Made by a program: the position numbers and the translations under genes. From an uncultured bacterium (GTDB lineage Bacteria > CAYJRR01), in the NCBI GenBank assembly GCA_964372275.1, contig CAYJRR010000011.1, positions 1 through 51,887 on the forward strand: a DNA stretch of 51,887 nt, given 5' to 3'. Of this stretch, positions 31,005-40,986 are shown piece by piece. Under the pieces are notes generated by a model. That model was not told the DNA's origin, searched no databases, and saw only the letters and a program-made list of their open reading frames with translations. Position 1 is the first letter of the stretch. Every line of letters starts with the position of its first letter.

Positions 31005-31238
31005 TCACCACCCGAAGTACGCGGCGCCGATGCGGATCGCGGAGTAGGTGGCCGCGGCCAGGAAGGCGGCGATCGCCAGGCAGCCGAGGTACGCCGGCCA
31101 CCGCTCGGTCCATGCGTAGGCGATCTCCTCCGAACCGCAGCGCGGGCAGGCCAGCGCCCGCTCGATCCCGGCGGGATACCAGGCGTAGCCGCAGGCGCGG
31201 CATCGGTTCTTCTCCGGATCGGTCTTGCGCGCCGTCAC
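31005..31238 (-). CDS. Small zinc-ribbon membrane protein
   Basis: CRACG...CPRCG followed by one TM helix; GTGA overlap with the argE stop. Confidence 0.7.
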   Translation of the reverse strand: MTARKTDPEKNRCRACGYAWYPAGIERALACPRCGSEEIAYAWTERWPAYLGCLAIAAFLAAATYSAIRIGAAYFGW

Positions 31239-32395
31239 CCGTCGATGCAGAAGCGGCGGATCGCGTTGCGGAAGATCTCGACGGCGCGCCCGAGCTCGAG
31301 CACGGGGACGAACTCCCCGGTCCGGTGCGCCACCTTGATGTCACCGGGCCCGCAGACGACCGTCTCGGCCCCCAGCGCCGTCAGTTGCGGCGCCTCGGTG
31401 CCGAACGAGACGGTCTCCGCCGGGCGCCCGGTCGCCTCTTCGAGGAAGGTGACGATCGGGCTGTCGGCGGGGGTCATCACGCCCCGGTCCCGGCGGGTGA
31501 ACTCCAGCTCGCACTCGAACGTGGGATCTTCGCGGTGGAGCGACTCGGCCGCGGCGGCGATCCGCTCGTAAACCGCCTCCACCGGCTGGCCGGGGATCGG
31601 GCGCCACTCGACGACGAACCGGCAGCTTCCGGGGATCACGTTTTTGGCGCGCCCCCCCTCGATCCGGCCGACGTTGACCGTGGTGTACGGCGGCGCAAAG
31701 AGCGGGTCGGTCTCGTCGCGAAGCCGGTTCGCCTCCGCCTCGATCCGGGACAGGAGACGCGCCCCGTGGAAGATCGCGTTCACCCCCACCTCGGGGTAGG
31801 CGGAGTGCCCCTCCTTCCCGACGACCTCCACCTCCGCGGTGCAGTACCCCTTGTGCCCGCGGATCGGCACGAGCGACGTCGGCTCGCCGACGATGGCGTA
31901 CGACGGGCGCAGGTCGTTCGACTCGCCGAGCCGCTTGGCGCCGAGGCAGCCGACCTCCTCGTCGTGGGTGAAGACCAGCGTGAGGGGTCGTCGCAGGCGC
32001 CGCAGGTCGGTCGCTTCGACCGCGGCCAGCACCGCGGCGATGAACCCCTTGGTGTCGGCGGCCCCGCGCGCGTACAGGCGCCCGTCGCGCTCGGTCAGCG
32101 TGAGCGCCTCCTTCCAGGCCGGGTCGAACGGGACGGTGTCGGTGTGACCGACGAAGGCCAAGCCCCCGGCCCCGGCCTCGACGACGCGCGGGCGCGCGAC
32201 CCCGTCGCTCCCCGGTCCGGCCGCGCAGATCAGGTTCGCCTTCTGCACGCCGTGCGCGTCGGTGATCGTGTCGACCTTGATTCCGAGCCCGAGCGACCTA
32301 GCCTCCCGGGCGAGCTCGTCGATCAGCGGCAGGTTCGAGCGGTGGCTCGTCGTGTCGAACGAGACGAGATGGGCCAGGTGCTTTGCTGCGCGCAT
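31235..32395 (-). CDS. argE: Acetylornithine deacetylase (M20 family)
   Basis: GHTDTVP, RGAADTKG, HDEEVGCLG, GEPT, GHS, FGTEA, GPGDIxVAH. Confidence 0.9.
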   Translation of the reverse strand: MRAAKHLAHLVSFDTTSHRSNLPLIDELAREARSLGLGIKVDTITDAHGVQKANLICAAGPGSDGVARPRVVEAGAGGLAFVGHTDTVPFDPAWKEALTLTERDGRLYARGAADTKGFIAAVLAAVEATDLRRLRRPLTLVFTHDEEVGCLGAKRLGESNDLRPSYAIVGEPTSLVPIRGHKGYCTAEVEVVGKEGHSAYPEVGVNAIFHGARLLSRIEAEANRLRDETDPLFAPPYTTVNVGRIEGGRAKNVIPGSCRFVVEWRPIPGQPVEAVYERIAAAAESLHREDPTFECELEFTRRDRGVMTPADSPIVTFLEEATGRPAETVSFGTEAPQLTALGAETVVCGPGDIKVAHRTGEFVPVLELGRAVEIFRNAIRRFCIDG

Positions 32396-32410
32396 GAGCC
32401 CAGGAGGTTC

Positions 32411-32674
32411 TTACGATCCGGAGGACTTCTTGCCCAGGCCGTGTCCCGAGGCCGCGCCCCGCGTTCCGCTTCGCCCGCGCGACCGAGCCGGCGGCGGCAC
32501 GGCGGGGAGCGGCTCCCCGTCCGCGACGCCGGGGATCTCGTGCGTGGCCGGGTCCGGACGGCCAGAGTCGGCGTCGTCGGCCAGAACGGTCCAGGCGAGA
32601 CGGTCGTAGACCGAACGGAAGAAGGCGTCGACGGAGGCGTCCGGGCGGCCTTTGGGGCCGAGGCGATCCTTCAT
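32411..32674 (-). CDS. Small hypothetical protein (87 aa)
   Basis: Part of ORF 32411-32932 that does not overlap the divergent gene; ATG 32674 preceded by TACCTT and 6 nt. Confidence 0.45.
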   Translation of the reverse strand: MKDRLGPKGRPDASVDAFFRSVYDRLAWTVLADDADSGRPDPATHEIPGVADGEPLPAVPPPARSRGRSGTRGAASGHGLGKKSSGS

Positions 32675-32774
32675 AAAGGTAAGGTATCGTGCGGCGCGTT
32701 CGTTGTAGAAGAAATGTGTGAGGCGCAAGAGGGGCCTGGACAAGGGCAGCGGAATCGGTTCAAGGAAGAGGGTC

Positions 32775-34186
32775 ATGTTCGAAGGAGCGTTGGAGCGGAT
32801 CAAGAAGCGCGAGGCGAAGGCGGCGGTGATCGGCGCCGGGTACGTCGGACTCCCGCTGGCGGTGGCGCTGGCGGAGTCGGGAACCACCACCGTGGCGATC
32901 GATCTCGACCGGCGGAAGGTGGACGCGATCACGCGCGGGACCTCCTACATCGGCGACGTGACCGGCGACCGGCTGGGGAGCCTGGTCCGGACTCGGCGCT
33001 TGTCGGCGTCGACCGACTTCGCGGTGCTCGCCGACGTCGACGCCATCTCGATCTGCGTGCCGACGCCGCTCAACAAGACGAAGGATCCGGACATCTCCTT
33101 CATCGTCGCCGCGGTGGAGGGGATCGCCCCTCACCTCAAGAGGGGGGCGTTGGTGATCCTGGAGTCGACCACCTATCCGGGGACCACGCGCGAGGCGATG
33201 CTGCCGATCCTCGAGCGCCGCTCGGGCAAGGTCGGGAGCGACTTCTTCGTCTGCTTCTCGCCGGAGCGGGTCGATCCCGGGAACGCCACGTACCACATCA
33301 AGAACACCCCGAAGATCATCGGCGGCATGACCGACCGCTGCCTCGGGCTCGGCCGCGCGCACGGGTGGAAAGCCAACGCAACACAGCTGCCACGCACCTC
33401 CAGCGAGGCGCCCGGCAGGGTGAATGGTTTTGGTAACAAAAANNNNNNNNNNTCCGATCTCGCGCACTATTCGAACGCCATCGACACCGTGCTGCCGGTC
33501 TCTCCTGCGAGGCGGCCGAGATGGTGAAGCTTTTGGAGAACACCTTCCGGTCGGTGAACATCGGTCTGGTCAACGAGGTGGCGATCATGTCCCGCAAGCT
33601 CGGGATCGACACCTGGGAGGTGGTCCAGGCGGCCGCGACCAAGCCGTTCGGCTACATGCCCTTCTATCCAGGTCCGGGGTTGGGGGGCCACTGCATCCCG
33701 GTCGATCCTCACTATCTCGCCTGGAAGATGAAGACGCTCGACTATCATGCGCGGTTCATCGCGCTCGCCAGCGAGATCAACGGCGAGATGCCGCGATACG
33801 TGGTGGAGCTGACGCAGGACGCGCTGAACGGCCACAGGAAGGCGCTGAACGGCTCGACGGTGCTGGTCCTGGGGATGGCCTACAAGAAGGACATCGGCGA
33901 CTACCGCGAAAGCCCGGCCCTCGACATCGCGCGCCTGCTCCAGTCGAAGGGGGCGGTGGTGAGCTATCACGATCCGTTCGTGCCGGAGCTCAAGGTCGAC
34001 GGCCTCGACCTGAGGTCGGTGGAGATCGGCGGAACGCGACTCAAGGCCTACGACTGCGTCATCGTCGCCACCGACCATTCGGCGTTCGACGTGGCGACGA
34101 TCGTCGAGAACAGCGCGCTCGTCGTCGACACCCGCAACCTGACCCGCAACGTGAAGCGCGCCGAGGGCCGGATCGTGCGGCTGTAG
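32775..34186 (+). CDS. UDP-N-acetylhexosamine/nucleotide-sugar 6-dehydrogenase (WecC/WbpA/TviB family), split by an assembly gap
   Basis: GAGYVGLP, CVPTP, ESTTYPGTT, SPERVDPG before the gap; KLLENTFR, GPGLGGHCIPVDP, YKKDIGDYRESP after it. Confidence 0.9.
33362..33460. other. Low-quality read tail, 10-N gap and adapter remnant
   Basis: Non-homologous sequence ending in an A-run before the Ns (33443-33452); TCCGATCT (TruSeq adapter end) right after; CGCGCAC occurs on both sides of the junk. Confidence 0.8.
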
Positions 34187-34225
34187 TCCGCCGGAGCGGC
34201 CGGCTTCCGCTACACTCCGGGGCGC

Positions 34226-35254
34226 GTGCGGAAGAAGCTCCTGCTCTCGATCGCGCTCGCAGCGGTGTTCCTCGCCGTCGCGGCGCGAAACGTGTCGTGG
34301 ATGGAACTGCGCCTGGCGTTGGCGTCGGCGCGGTGGGGCTGGATGGCGCCGCTCGCCGTGGTGCTGACCGCGGCACAGCTCGCGCGCGCGCTGCGCTACT
34401 GGCTGATCGTCCGCGCGGTGAAGGAGATCCCGCTCGCGCGCGTGGCGACCACCGCCTTCGCGGGGTTCATGGCGCTCAACGTCCTCCCGCTGCGCGCCGG
34501 CGAAGTGGCGCGGCCGCTGCTTCTCCGGTCGCGTGACGGCGTGCCGCTGGCGGCCGGGCTGGCGACCGTTGTCGCCGAGCGCGTGGTCGACGTGATGGCG
34601 GTCTTCGGACTCCTGCTCGCAACGCTGTTCGTCGTCCCGTCGCGTACGCTCGCGATCGGCGGTTCCACGTTCGACCTGCGCCAGGTCGCGCGCGTGCTCC
34701 TGGCGCTGTTCGTGCCGGCCGGCCTGTTCCTGGTGGCACTGATCGCCCTCCGTCAGACGCTCGTGACGCGGATCGAACGAGGGCTGTCGGTCGTCTCCGT
34801 CCGGTTGGCGTCGGTCGTGGCGAAGCTCCTCGCGGGGTTCGTCGGCGGGTTGGGGATCTTCCGGGACGCGAAGGGGGCGGCCGCGGTCGGCGCGCTCACG
34901 GGCGTCGTGTGGGGCCTGCACGTCGCCGGTATGGCGATCGGATTCCCGATGCTCCGGCTCGATCTCCCGCTCGAAGCGGCGATCGCCGTCCTGGCGATCA
35001 CCATGGCGGGGATCACGATCCCGGGCGGGATTGGGATGAGCGGCAACTTCCAACTCTTCTGTGTCGCGGCCTTGTCCCTCTACGGCGTCGCCGAGTCCCA
35101 GGGCTTCGCCTTTTCGGTGGTGATGAACGCCACGGGGTTCGCGGTCGCGGTGGCGATGGGGGTGGCGTCGCTGCCGTTCCTCGGGACCGGGTTCGGTTCT
35201 CTCGTCCCGGGGGAGGCGCCGACGCCGGCCCTCGACCCGAAGGCGGAGTCGTAG
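34226..35254 (+). CDS. Lysylphosphatidylglycerol-synthase TM domain (flippase-like) protein
   Basis: RALRY, NVLPLRAGEVAR, ERVVD, PGGIG motifs; multiple TM helices. Confidence 0.85.
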   Translation: MRKKLLLSIALAAVFLAVAARNVSWMELRLALASARWGWMAPLAVVLTAAQLARALRYWLIVRAVKEIPLARVATTAFAGFMALNVLPLRAGEVARPLLLRSRDGVPLAAGLATVVAERVVDVMAVFGLLLATLFVVPSRTLAIGGSTFDLRQVARVLLALFVPAGLFLVALIALRQTLVTRIERGLSVVSVRLASVVAKLLAGFVGGLGIFRDAKGAAAVGALTGVVWGLHVAGMAIGFPMLRLDLPLEAAIAVLAITMAGITIPGGIGMSGNFQLFCVAALSLYGVAESQGFAFSVVMNATGFAVAVAMGVASLPFLGTGFGSLVPGEAPTPALDPKAES

Positions 35255-35257
35255 ACG

Positions 35258-37513
35258 GTGGCCGGGCCGCTTCCACAGACCTTCGGGAAGTACACGCTGC
35301 TGGAGCGGATCGCCTCCGGCGGGATGGCGGAGGTGTTCCGCGCCAAGACGTTTGGGGTCGCCGGCTTCGAGAAGACGGTGGCGCTCAAGCGCATCTTGCC
35401 GCACTTCGCCGCCGACGAGGGGTTCGTCGAGATGTTCGTCCGCGAGGCGAAGATCGCGGTGCGCCTCTCGCACGCCAACGTGGTGCAGGTCTACGAGCTG
35501 GGGCGCGTCGCGGAGGACTACTACATTGCGCTGGAGTACGTCGACGGCTCCGACCTGAAGGCGCTGGTGAAGAAGGGGCCGCTGCCGGTCGATCTCGCCG
35601 CGTGGATCGCGCAGCGGATCTGCGCCGCGCTCCACCACGCGCACGCCGCCGTCGACGACGCGGGCGGGTCGCTGGGGATCGTTCACCGCGACGTCTCGCC
35701 GCACAACGTCCTCCTCTCGTGGAACGGCGAGGTGAAGGTCGCCGACTTCGGGATCGCCAAGCTCGCCTCCGGCGTGCGCCACACCCGCACCGGGACGGTG
35801 AAGGGGAAGCTCGCCTACATGAGCCCGGAGCAGTCGCTGGGCGAGTCCGACCTCGACGGGCGCTCCGACTTGTTCGCGGTCGGGATCGTGTTGTTCGAGA
35901 TGCTGACCGGCCGCCGGCCGTTCGACGGAGAGACCGATCGGGAGATCCTGCGCAAGGTGCAGCAGGACGAGCCGCCGCCTCCGTCCGCGATGGCCACGGG
36001 GGTGCCGGCCGAGCTCGACGCGGTGGTGGCGAAGGCGCTGGCCAAGCGTCGCGACGACCGCTTTTCCGACGGCCAGGCGATGGGGCGGGCGTTGGGGTTG
36101 TTCCTCCAGCGGCGGGCCGCGGAGAGCGGCGCGGTAGTGGAGGAGGAGGACCTGGCGCGGCTGATGCGCGAGCGCCTCGGAGGGAAGGGGGCCGCCGGCC
36201 GGCGGCTGGCGACGCCGCGAGAGGGGACGCCGATCCTCGAGCCCGGCGCCGTCGCCGAAGAGGATGCCCCACGCCCGAACGAAGTGTTCGCCGCCGCCGG
36301 CGGTGGCCGCGCGGACGACGCCGCGCGCGCGGCGGCCGGATTCCGTCGCGACGAAACGGCGCTTCCGACCGCGGTCGTGCCCGCGCGTGACGCCGGAGCT
36401 CCGTTCGCGGGGGCGGTTCCTGAAACCGGGGGGCACCTCGCGGGTGCGCGCCAGGACGGGGCGTCCACGTCGACGGGCGGGCTCGCCGCCGACGCCACGA
36501 CCGCGCCATTGCGTCCGGACATCGCGCATCGCTCTGCGCAAGGGGCGCGCGGCGCCGTCGAGACGATCTCCGGCGTGCAACGTTTCGACGTCGGTCGCGG
36601 CCCCCAGGACCTGTCCGGCGCCTTGCGCGCCGGCGACCGCTCCGGAACCCACACGCAACAGGCGACGCGCGCCGCCGCTCCCCGCACGCCGGGGGCCGCG
36701 GCCACGCTGGGCCGAGGCCCGAGCGTGACCGAGCGTGGGTCCGGCGCCACCGAAACGGAACGTCTCGGATCAAGCGCCACCGAGACGGAACGAATCGCCT
36801 CGCGCGGCCCGTCACGCGCCCGGACGCTCCTCGCCGTTGCGGTTGTCGCCGCCGCGGCCGCCGCCCTCGGCACCCTCGCGCCGACCTTCGTTCGTACGTG
36901 GCGCTCCTCGTCCACGGTTCCGTCCACGGTCACGGCGTCGGGCCCCACGTCGGCCGCGGCTCCGGCAGCCCCCTCCGCCTCCGCCCCGCCTGCGGTCCCC
37001 GGGGCGGCAGCGGCCGCCGCGCCTGCGGCTGCCGCCGTTCCCGCAGCCGGTCGTTCTCTCGCCGGCCGCCTCCGGATCGACGGCAGCCCCAAGGGCGCCT
37101 CCATCGTCCTCTCCGGAACGCGCATCGGCACCCTCGGCTCCCCGATCGAGGGCGTTCCGTTCGGCGACCACGCCGTCGTCGTCCGCTCCGAATTCCATCG
37201 TTCGAAGACGGTGAAGGTCCACCTCGACGCCGCCGCCCCCGAAGCGACGCTCCGGGTCGACCTCGCCCCCGGCGTCGGCGAGCTCCGCGTCGGCTACCGC
37301 CCCGACCGCTTCACCCACATCGACATCCCCGGCGTGACGCAGGGCCCGTCCGACGACGCATGGTTCCGCTCCGCGCGCGCCGGCAAACACCGCGCCCGCC
37401 TCACCGGCGGCCCCACGCCGATCGACGTCGTCGTCGTCATCCACGACGGCAAGACGACGCGCCTGTTCCCCGACCGCGCCACCCCCGGCGCCCGCTTCCT
37501 CCCGGATCCGTAG
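35258..37513 (+). CDS. Membrane Hanks-type Ser/Thr kinase with C-terminal PEGA-like domain
   Basis: GGMAEV, ALK, HRDVSPHN, DFG, YMSPEQ, DLFAVG; long linker; TM helix; GSPKGASI...PFGDH. Confidence 0.93.
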   Translation: MAGPLPQTFGKYTLLERIASGGMAEVFRAKTFGVAGFEKTVALKRILPHFAADEGFVEMFVREAKIAVRLSHANVVQVYELGRVAEDYYIALEYVDGSDLKALVKKGPLPVDLAAWIAQRICAALHHAHAAVDDAGGSLGIVHRDVSPHNVLLSWNGEVKVADFGIAKLASGVRHTRTGTVKGKLAYMSPEQSLGESDLDGRSDLFAVGIVLFEMLTGRRPFDGETDREILRKVQQDEPPPPSAMATGVPAELDAVVAKALAKRRDDRFSDGQAMGRALGLFLQRRAAESGAVVEEEDLARLMRERLGGKGAAGRRLATPREGTPILEPGAVAEEDAPRPNEVFAAAGGGRADDAARAAAGFRRDETALPTAVVPARDAGAPFAGAVPETGGHLAGARQDGASTSTGGLAADATTAPLRPDIAHRSAQGARGAVETISGVQRFDVGRGPQDLSGALRAGDRSGTHTQQATRAAAPRTPGAAATLGRGPSVTERGSGATETERLGSSATETERIASRGPSRARTLLAVAVVAAAAAALGTLAPTFVRTWRSSSTVPSTVTASGPTSAAAPAAPSASAPPAVPGAAAAAAPAAAAVPAAGRSLAGRLRIDGSPKGASIVLSGTRIGTLGSPIEGVPFGDHAVVVRSEFHRSKTVKVHLDAAAPEATLRVDLAPGVGELRVGYRPDRFTHIDIPGVTQGPSDDAWFRSARAGKHRARLTGGPTPIDVVVVIHDGKTTRLFPDRATPGARFLPDP
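36737..36797 (+). repeat. Two-copy 30-nt tandem repeat in the kinase linker
   Basis: Encodes GSGATETERL / GSSATETERI. Confidence 0.7.
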
Positions 37514-37769
37514 CCGAGCCGTGTGATCGGCGGGTCGATCCCGTCCCCTTTCCGCCCCGGCCTGTCCGACGTCACCCACGGCATCGCGTCTTCGAACGAA
37601 ACCGCGTCCGCCCTCGGGCGGGACGCGGGCGATGCTCGGATCGTCATCGGGTAATGCCGCGAGTCGGTCCCCGGATCGGTGTCGTGACGGTCGCCGTCCG
37701 CTTGCGCAACGAGCCTGCTCGGGTACACCCACCGCCATCGCTTCTGCGGCCGCGGCGGACGGTTCCCTT

Positions 37770-38394
37770 CGAGACTTGAATGCACCGTCCGACGCCGATC
37801 TGCTGGTTAGGGGGAGGGCATCGACACGCCCGGCGCTTGCAGTGCGGTGTCCCGTGAGAAGCGTCACCCGACGTTCTCCAGGAGGTGTGCCGCAGGGGTG
37901 CGCGGGGCTGAACTCAGGGTCATGGACGTCAAGAGCCACAAGATTCCCGACCGGCGCTCACTCGAGCCGTTCCTGTTCGCCGGGCTCCGGGCGATCCTGG
38001 CCAAAGACGAGAAGCGGCACGCTGAGCCCGTGCGTGCGGTCGCGCCACGCCCCGGGCGGAGCCGAAACCGGGCACGCGGGGAACGATCCCGGCCGCGGTG
38101 CGGCGGGAGGTGTGGAACCGGGACGGGGGACGGTGTTCCTGGACGCGGGCCGACGGCCGTCGGTGTGGCTCACGCCACCGGCTGGAGATCGATCACATCG
38201 TCCCGGTTGCCAAAGGAGGGGGGCACGAGCCATCCTACCTCCGCCTGACCTGCCGGGACTGCAATGCCCTCCACGCCCGGAACGAGTTCGGCGCGGAACG
38301 CATCGAGAGGGCGATCCGCCGGAGAAGGGAATGGACATGCGCTGGCGAAGGTCCGAGGCCGCGCGCGGAGCCGGCAGGCACGCGACCTCCCTGA
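37770..38394 (+). pseudogene. Fragmented HNH endonuclease gene (DUF222/HNHc-like type)
   Basis: Pieces in different frames: SDADLLVR; SHKIPD...LRAILAKDEKR; then TIPAAVRREVWNRDGGRC...C...LEIDHIVPVAKGG...LRLTCRDCN. TGA at 38023 in the HNH frame implies a frameshift near 38050. Confidence 0.72.
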
Positions 38395-38593
38395 GCCCGG
38401 CCGGCGCGTGATACCGGCGTGGAGACTGCTTCACGCATTCGAGTAGCAAGAATCGATTCGGACATGGGAAACGGTTCCAATCGGAATCGAACCGGCACGA
38501 TCCGAAAAGCTGAACGTCTCGGAACCCGAGGGGAAACGCGGGGAGTGGGCGGGCGCGCTGGCGAGGCAATTGTGGGCGGCGTACCATCGCCCG

Positions 38594-40207
38594 GTGTTCC
38601 CGACGGTCCGCTTCGTCCGCGCTGTCTCGGTTCTCGCATTCGCGGCGGTACTCTTCCTCGCCGCGTGCGACGACTACATCAAGATCAAGCTACGCGATCC
38701 GAGGAACAAGCCCCAGGCCCCCGCCGCCGTCGCGGCGACGGCAGGAATCGCCCAGGTGACGATCTCGTGGGCCGCCAATCCGGAGCCGGACGTGGTGACG
38801 TCGTACACGCTTTATTCGGCCATCGCCCCGTGGGCCGCGTGGTCCCAGGATCTTCCCTCGGCCCGCGTCGACACGAATCTCGCGTGCTGCTCCTTCACCG
38901 TCGGCAACCTCGAGAACGACGCCACCTACGCCTTCACCCTCTCCGCGACCAACGTCCTCGGCGAAAGTGACCGGTCTTCGCAAGTGACTGCGACGCCGCC
39001 GGGGTGGGTAGGCGCGCGGATGATCGGGACGTCAGCGATCGATGAGGTCGTAGGTGTTGGCGTCGCTGCCGACGGAAGCATCGTGCTGACCGGGCGAACC
39101 GTAGGGGGCATCGACGGATACACGAATCAGGGGCTCGGAGACGTCTTCGTTCAACGCTATGACGCTGCCGGACGATGGCTGTGGACTCGACAGACAGGAT
39201 CCGCTCAGGACGACAGCGCGCGTATTGCCATTGGACTCGATGGATCGATCCTCGTCGGTGGATCCATCGGCGGTGCCATCGACGGACAAGCGTATGCGGG
39301 CAACGGTGATGTTTTCGTCATGAAGCTCAACTCGTCAGGTGTCCGACAATGGACGCGGCTGATCGGAACTGCATCCGGCGAGTATGGCGGGGATGTCGGG
39401 GTCGACTCGGTTGGTAATGTCTACGTCTGTGGGACAACGAACGGGTTGCTCGAGGGCTCGGCGCCCGGCGGCGGCGACGGCTTCCTTGCGAAGTACGATA
39501 CCAACGGCGATTTTCAGTGGGTACGCCAGTTTGGTCTTCCTGCGTCAAGCGAGATGGCCCGACGACTCGCGGTCGACGGAGCGGGTGATGTCATCGTCGT
39601 CGGCGAGACTCCCGGGTCCTTTGGTGGAGCGAATCAGGGCAGCAGCGACGTATTCATCGTGAAATACAATTCGCTCGGTTCTCAAGAATGGGTCCGGCAG
39701 CGTGGATCGAGCGTCGCGGATGGGGCAGCGGGCATCGGTGTGGTCGAGAACGAAGGCGTCGTCATTGTTGGGTCCACCCAGGGTGAATTCGACGGCCACC
39801 CCCTTCAGGGAGCTGCCGACGTGTTCTTGCTTCGACTCGATGCGCAGGGCGCCTTCGAGTCTAGCGGTCAGTTCGGAGGTCCGGGCTCTGATGGCCCAGA
39901 AGCTGTGGCGGTACTACCGACGGGAGAATGCCTTATCGGTGGCCAAACGACTTCGTCGATCTTTGGCCGTACATTCGCAGGCGGCGTCGATTTGTTCCTG
40001 GCGAAGATTTCCTTCGATAACGATATCGAGTGGGCAACGGTTCTTGGGACTTCGGCCAATGAGTGGGTATTTGGCCTGGCTGCGACCCCGAATGGGCGCG
40101 CATACGTTGGCGTCGGTTCTGCGACAGGCTCCCTCTTCGGCCCCTTCCTCGGTGGCGAATTCGACGGCCACCTGTTTCGAATCGATTCGGCGGGAACGCT
40201 TCAATAG
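38594..40207 (+). CDS. Lipoprotein with Fn3 domain and seven SBBP-type beta-propeller repeats
   Basis: Lipobox LAA-C; Fn3 motifs (VTISW, YTLY, LENDATYAFTLSA, GES); seven G(T/S)..D...VD..G..YV.G-type repeats. Start GTG 38594 (alternative 38570). Confidence 0.85.
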   Translation: MFPTVRFVRAVSVLAFAAVLFLAACDDYIKIKLRDPRNKPQAPAAVAATAGIAQVTISWAANPEPDVVTSYTLYSAIAPWAAWSQDLPSARVDTNLACCSFTVGNLENDATYAFTLSATNVLGESDRSSQVTATPPGWVGARMIGTSAIDEVVGVGVAADGSIVLTGRTVGGIDGYTNQGLGDVFVQRYDAAGRWLWTRQTGSAQDDSARIAIGLDGSILVGGSIGGAIDGQAYAGNGDVFVMKLNSSGVRQWTRLIGTASGEYGGDVGVDSVGNVYVCGTTNGLLEGSAPGGGDGFLAKYDTNGDFQWVRQFGLPASSEMARRLAVDGAGDVIVVGETPGSFGGANQGSSDVFIVKYNSLGSQEWVRQRGSSVADGAAGIGVVENEGVVIVGSTQGEFDGHPLQGAADVFLLRLDAQGAFESSGQFGGPGSDGPEAVAVLPTGECLIGGQTTSSIFGRTFAGGVDLFLAKISFDNDIEWATVLGTSANEWVFGLAATPNGRAYVGVGSATGSLFGPFLGGEFDGHLFRIDSAGTLQ

Positions 40208-40313
40208 GTCACGACGTCGGACTGCGGCTCGGGCCGCGCTGTCCGAAGCCTTCGTGGATATGAGACTTTCCTCCTGCACGCGAAACGCTCGGCGTTTCGA
40301 TTAGAATTGCAGG

Positions 40314-40955
40314 ATGGGTTGTGAGCGCGGGCAGAAGGACGGCTGCGGTCACCAATTGCTCGTTCGCACGGAGCTATCCGATTCGGGCCGCCGGCAGGCA
40401 ATTCGGCGGGTCGGAGACTGGGTGATCTATGTCGGCGTGCTCGGCGGCGCCGCGGCGGTTGGGGCGTGCGGCGGCGAGCCGACGATCAGCGACATCGGGG
40501 AAGGCGGAGCGACCACCGCGCCGCCATCGGATACCGGTACCCCTACTTCGACGCCGACGGCGACGGCTACGCCGAATCCCTGCGGTTGCGACACGCTCCC
40601 GGGAACATCAACAGGACTAAACAAGTCGGCCATCGCGCTGAATTCTGCGGCGTACCACGCCGGGACACAGGTGATGATCTGCCGCGACGCCAATGGGTAC
40701 TACGCGATGCGAGGCACCTGCACACACCAGGGAACGGTACTTCCGGCGCCGGCGAACCTCTCGAGCGGAATCACGTGCAGCAATCCGGGTGGCCACGGGG
40801 CGACGTTCAACGCGAATGGAGACGTTACGGGCCAGCCGACTGGAGGCGGCATGGCGACCTCGCTCCCGCACTACAAGATGGGAATCGCCGGAGACGGCAC
40901 GATCTACGTCGACACCGCCTCGATCCTGACCGACCGCACCTGCCGTTGCACTTGA
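40314..40955 (+). CDS. Rieske [2Fe-2S] domain protein, probable Tat lipoprotein
   Basis: RRQAI twin-Arg-like signal, VGA-C, Thr/Pro linker, CTHQG and CSNPGGHGATF, GQP...LPHY. Confidence 0.8.
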   Translation: MGCERGQKDGCGHQLLVRTELSDSGRRQAIRRVGDWVIYVGVLGGAAAVGACGGEPTISDIGEGGATTAPPSDTGTPTSTPTATATPNPCGCDTLPGTSTGLNKSAIALNSAAYHAGTQVMICRDANGYYAMRGTCTHQGTVLPAPANLSSGITCSNPGGHGATFNANGDVTGQPTGGGMATSLPHYKMGIAGDGTIYVDTASILTDRTCRCT

Positions 40956-40986
40956 CAGCGATCCCGCGCGCACGTCAGATCGGCGC

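Noticed and set aside
33362-33523. Pseudogene or programmed frameshift in the nucleotide-sugar dehydrogenase
   Set aside because: The break coincides with an N gap, an adapter remnant and low-quality read ends; the one-base shift near 33500 is best explained as error.
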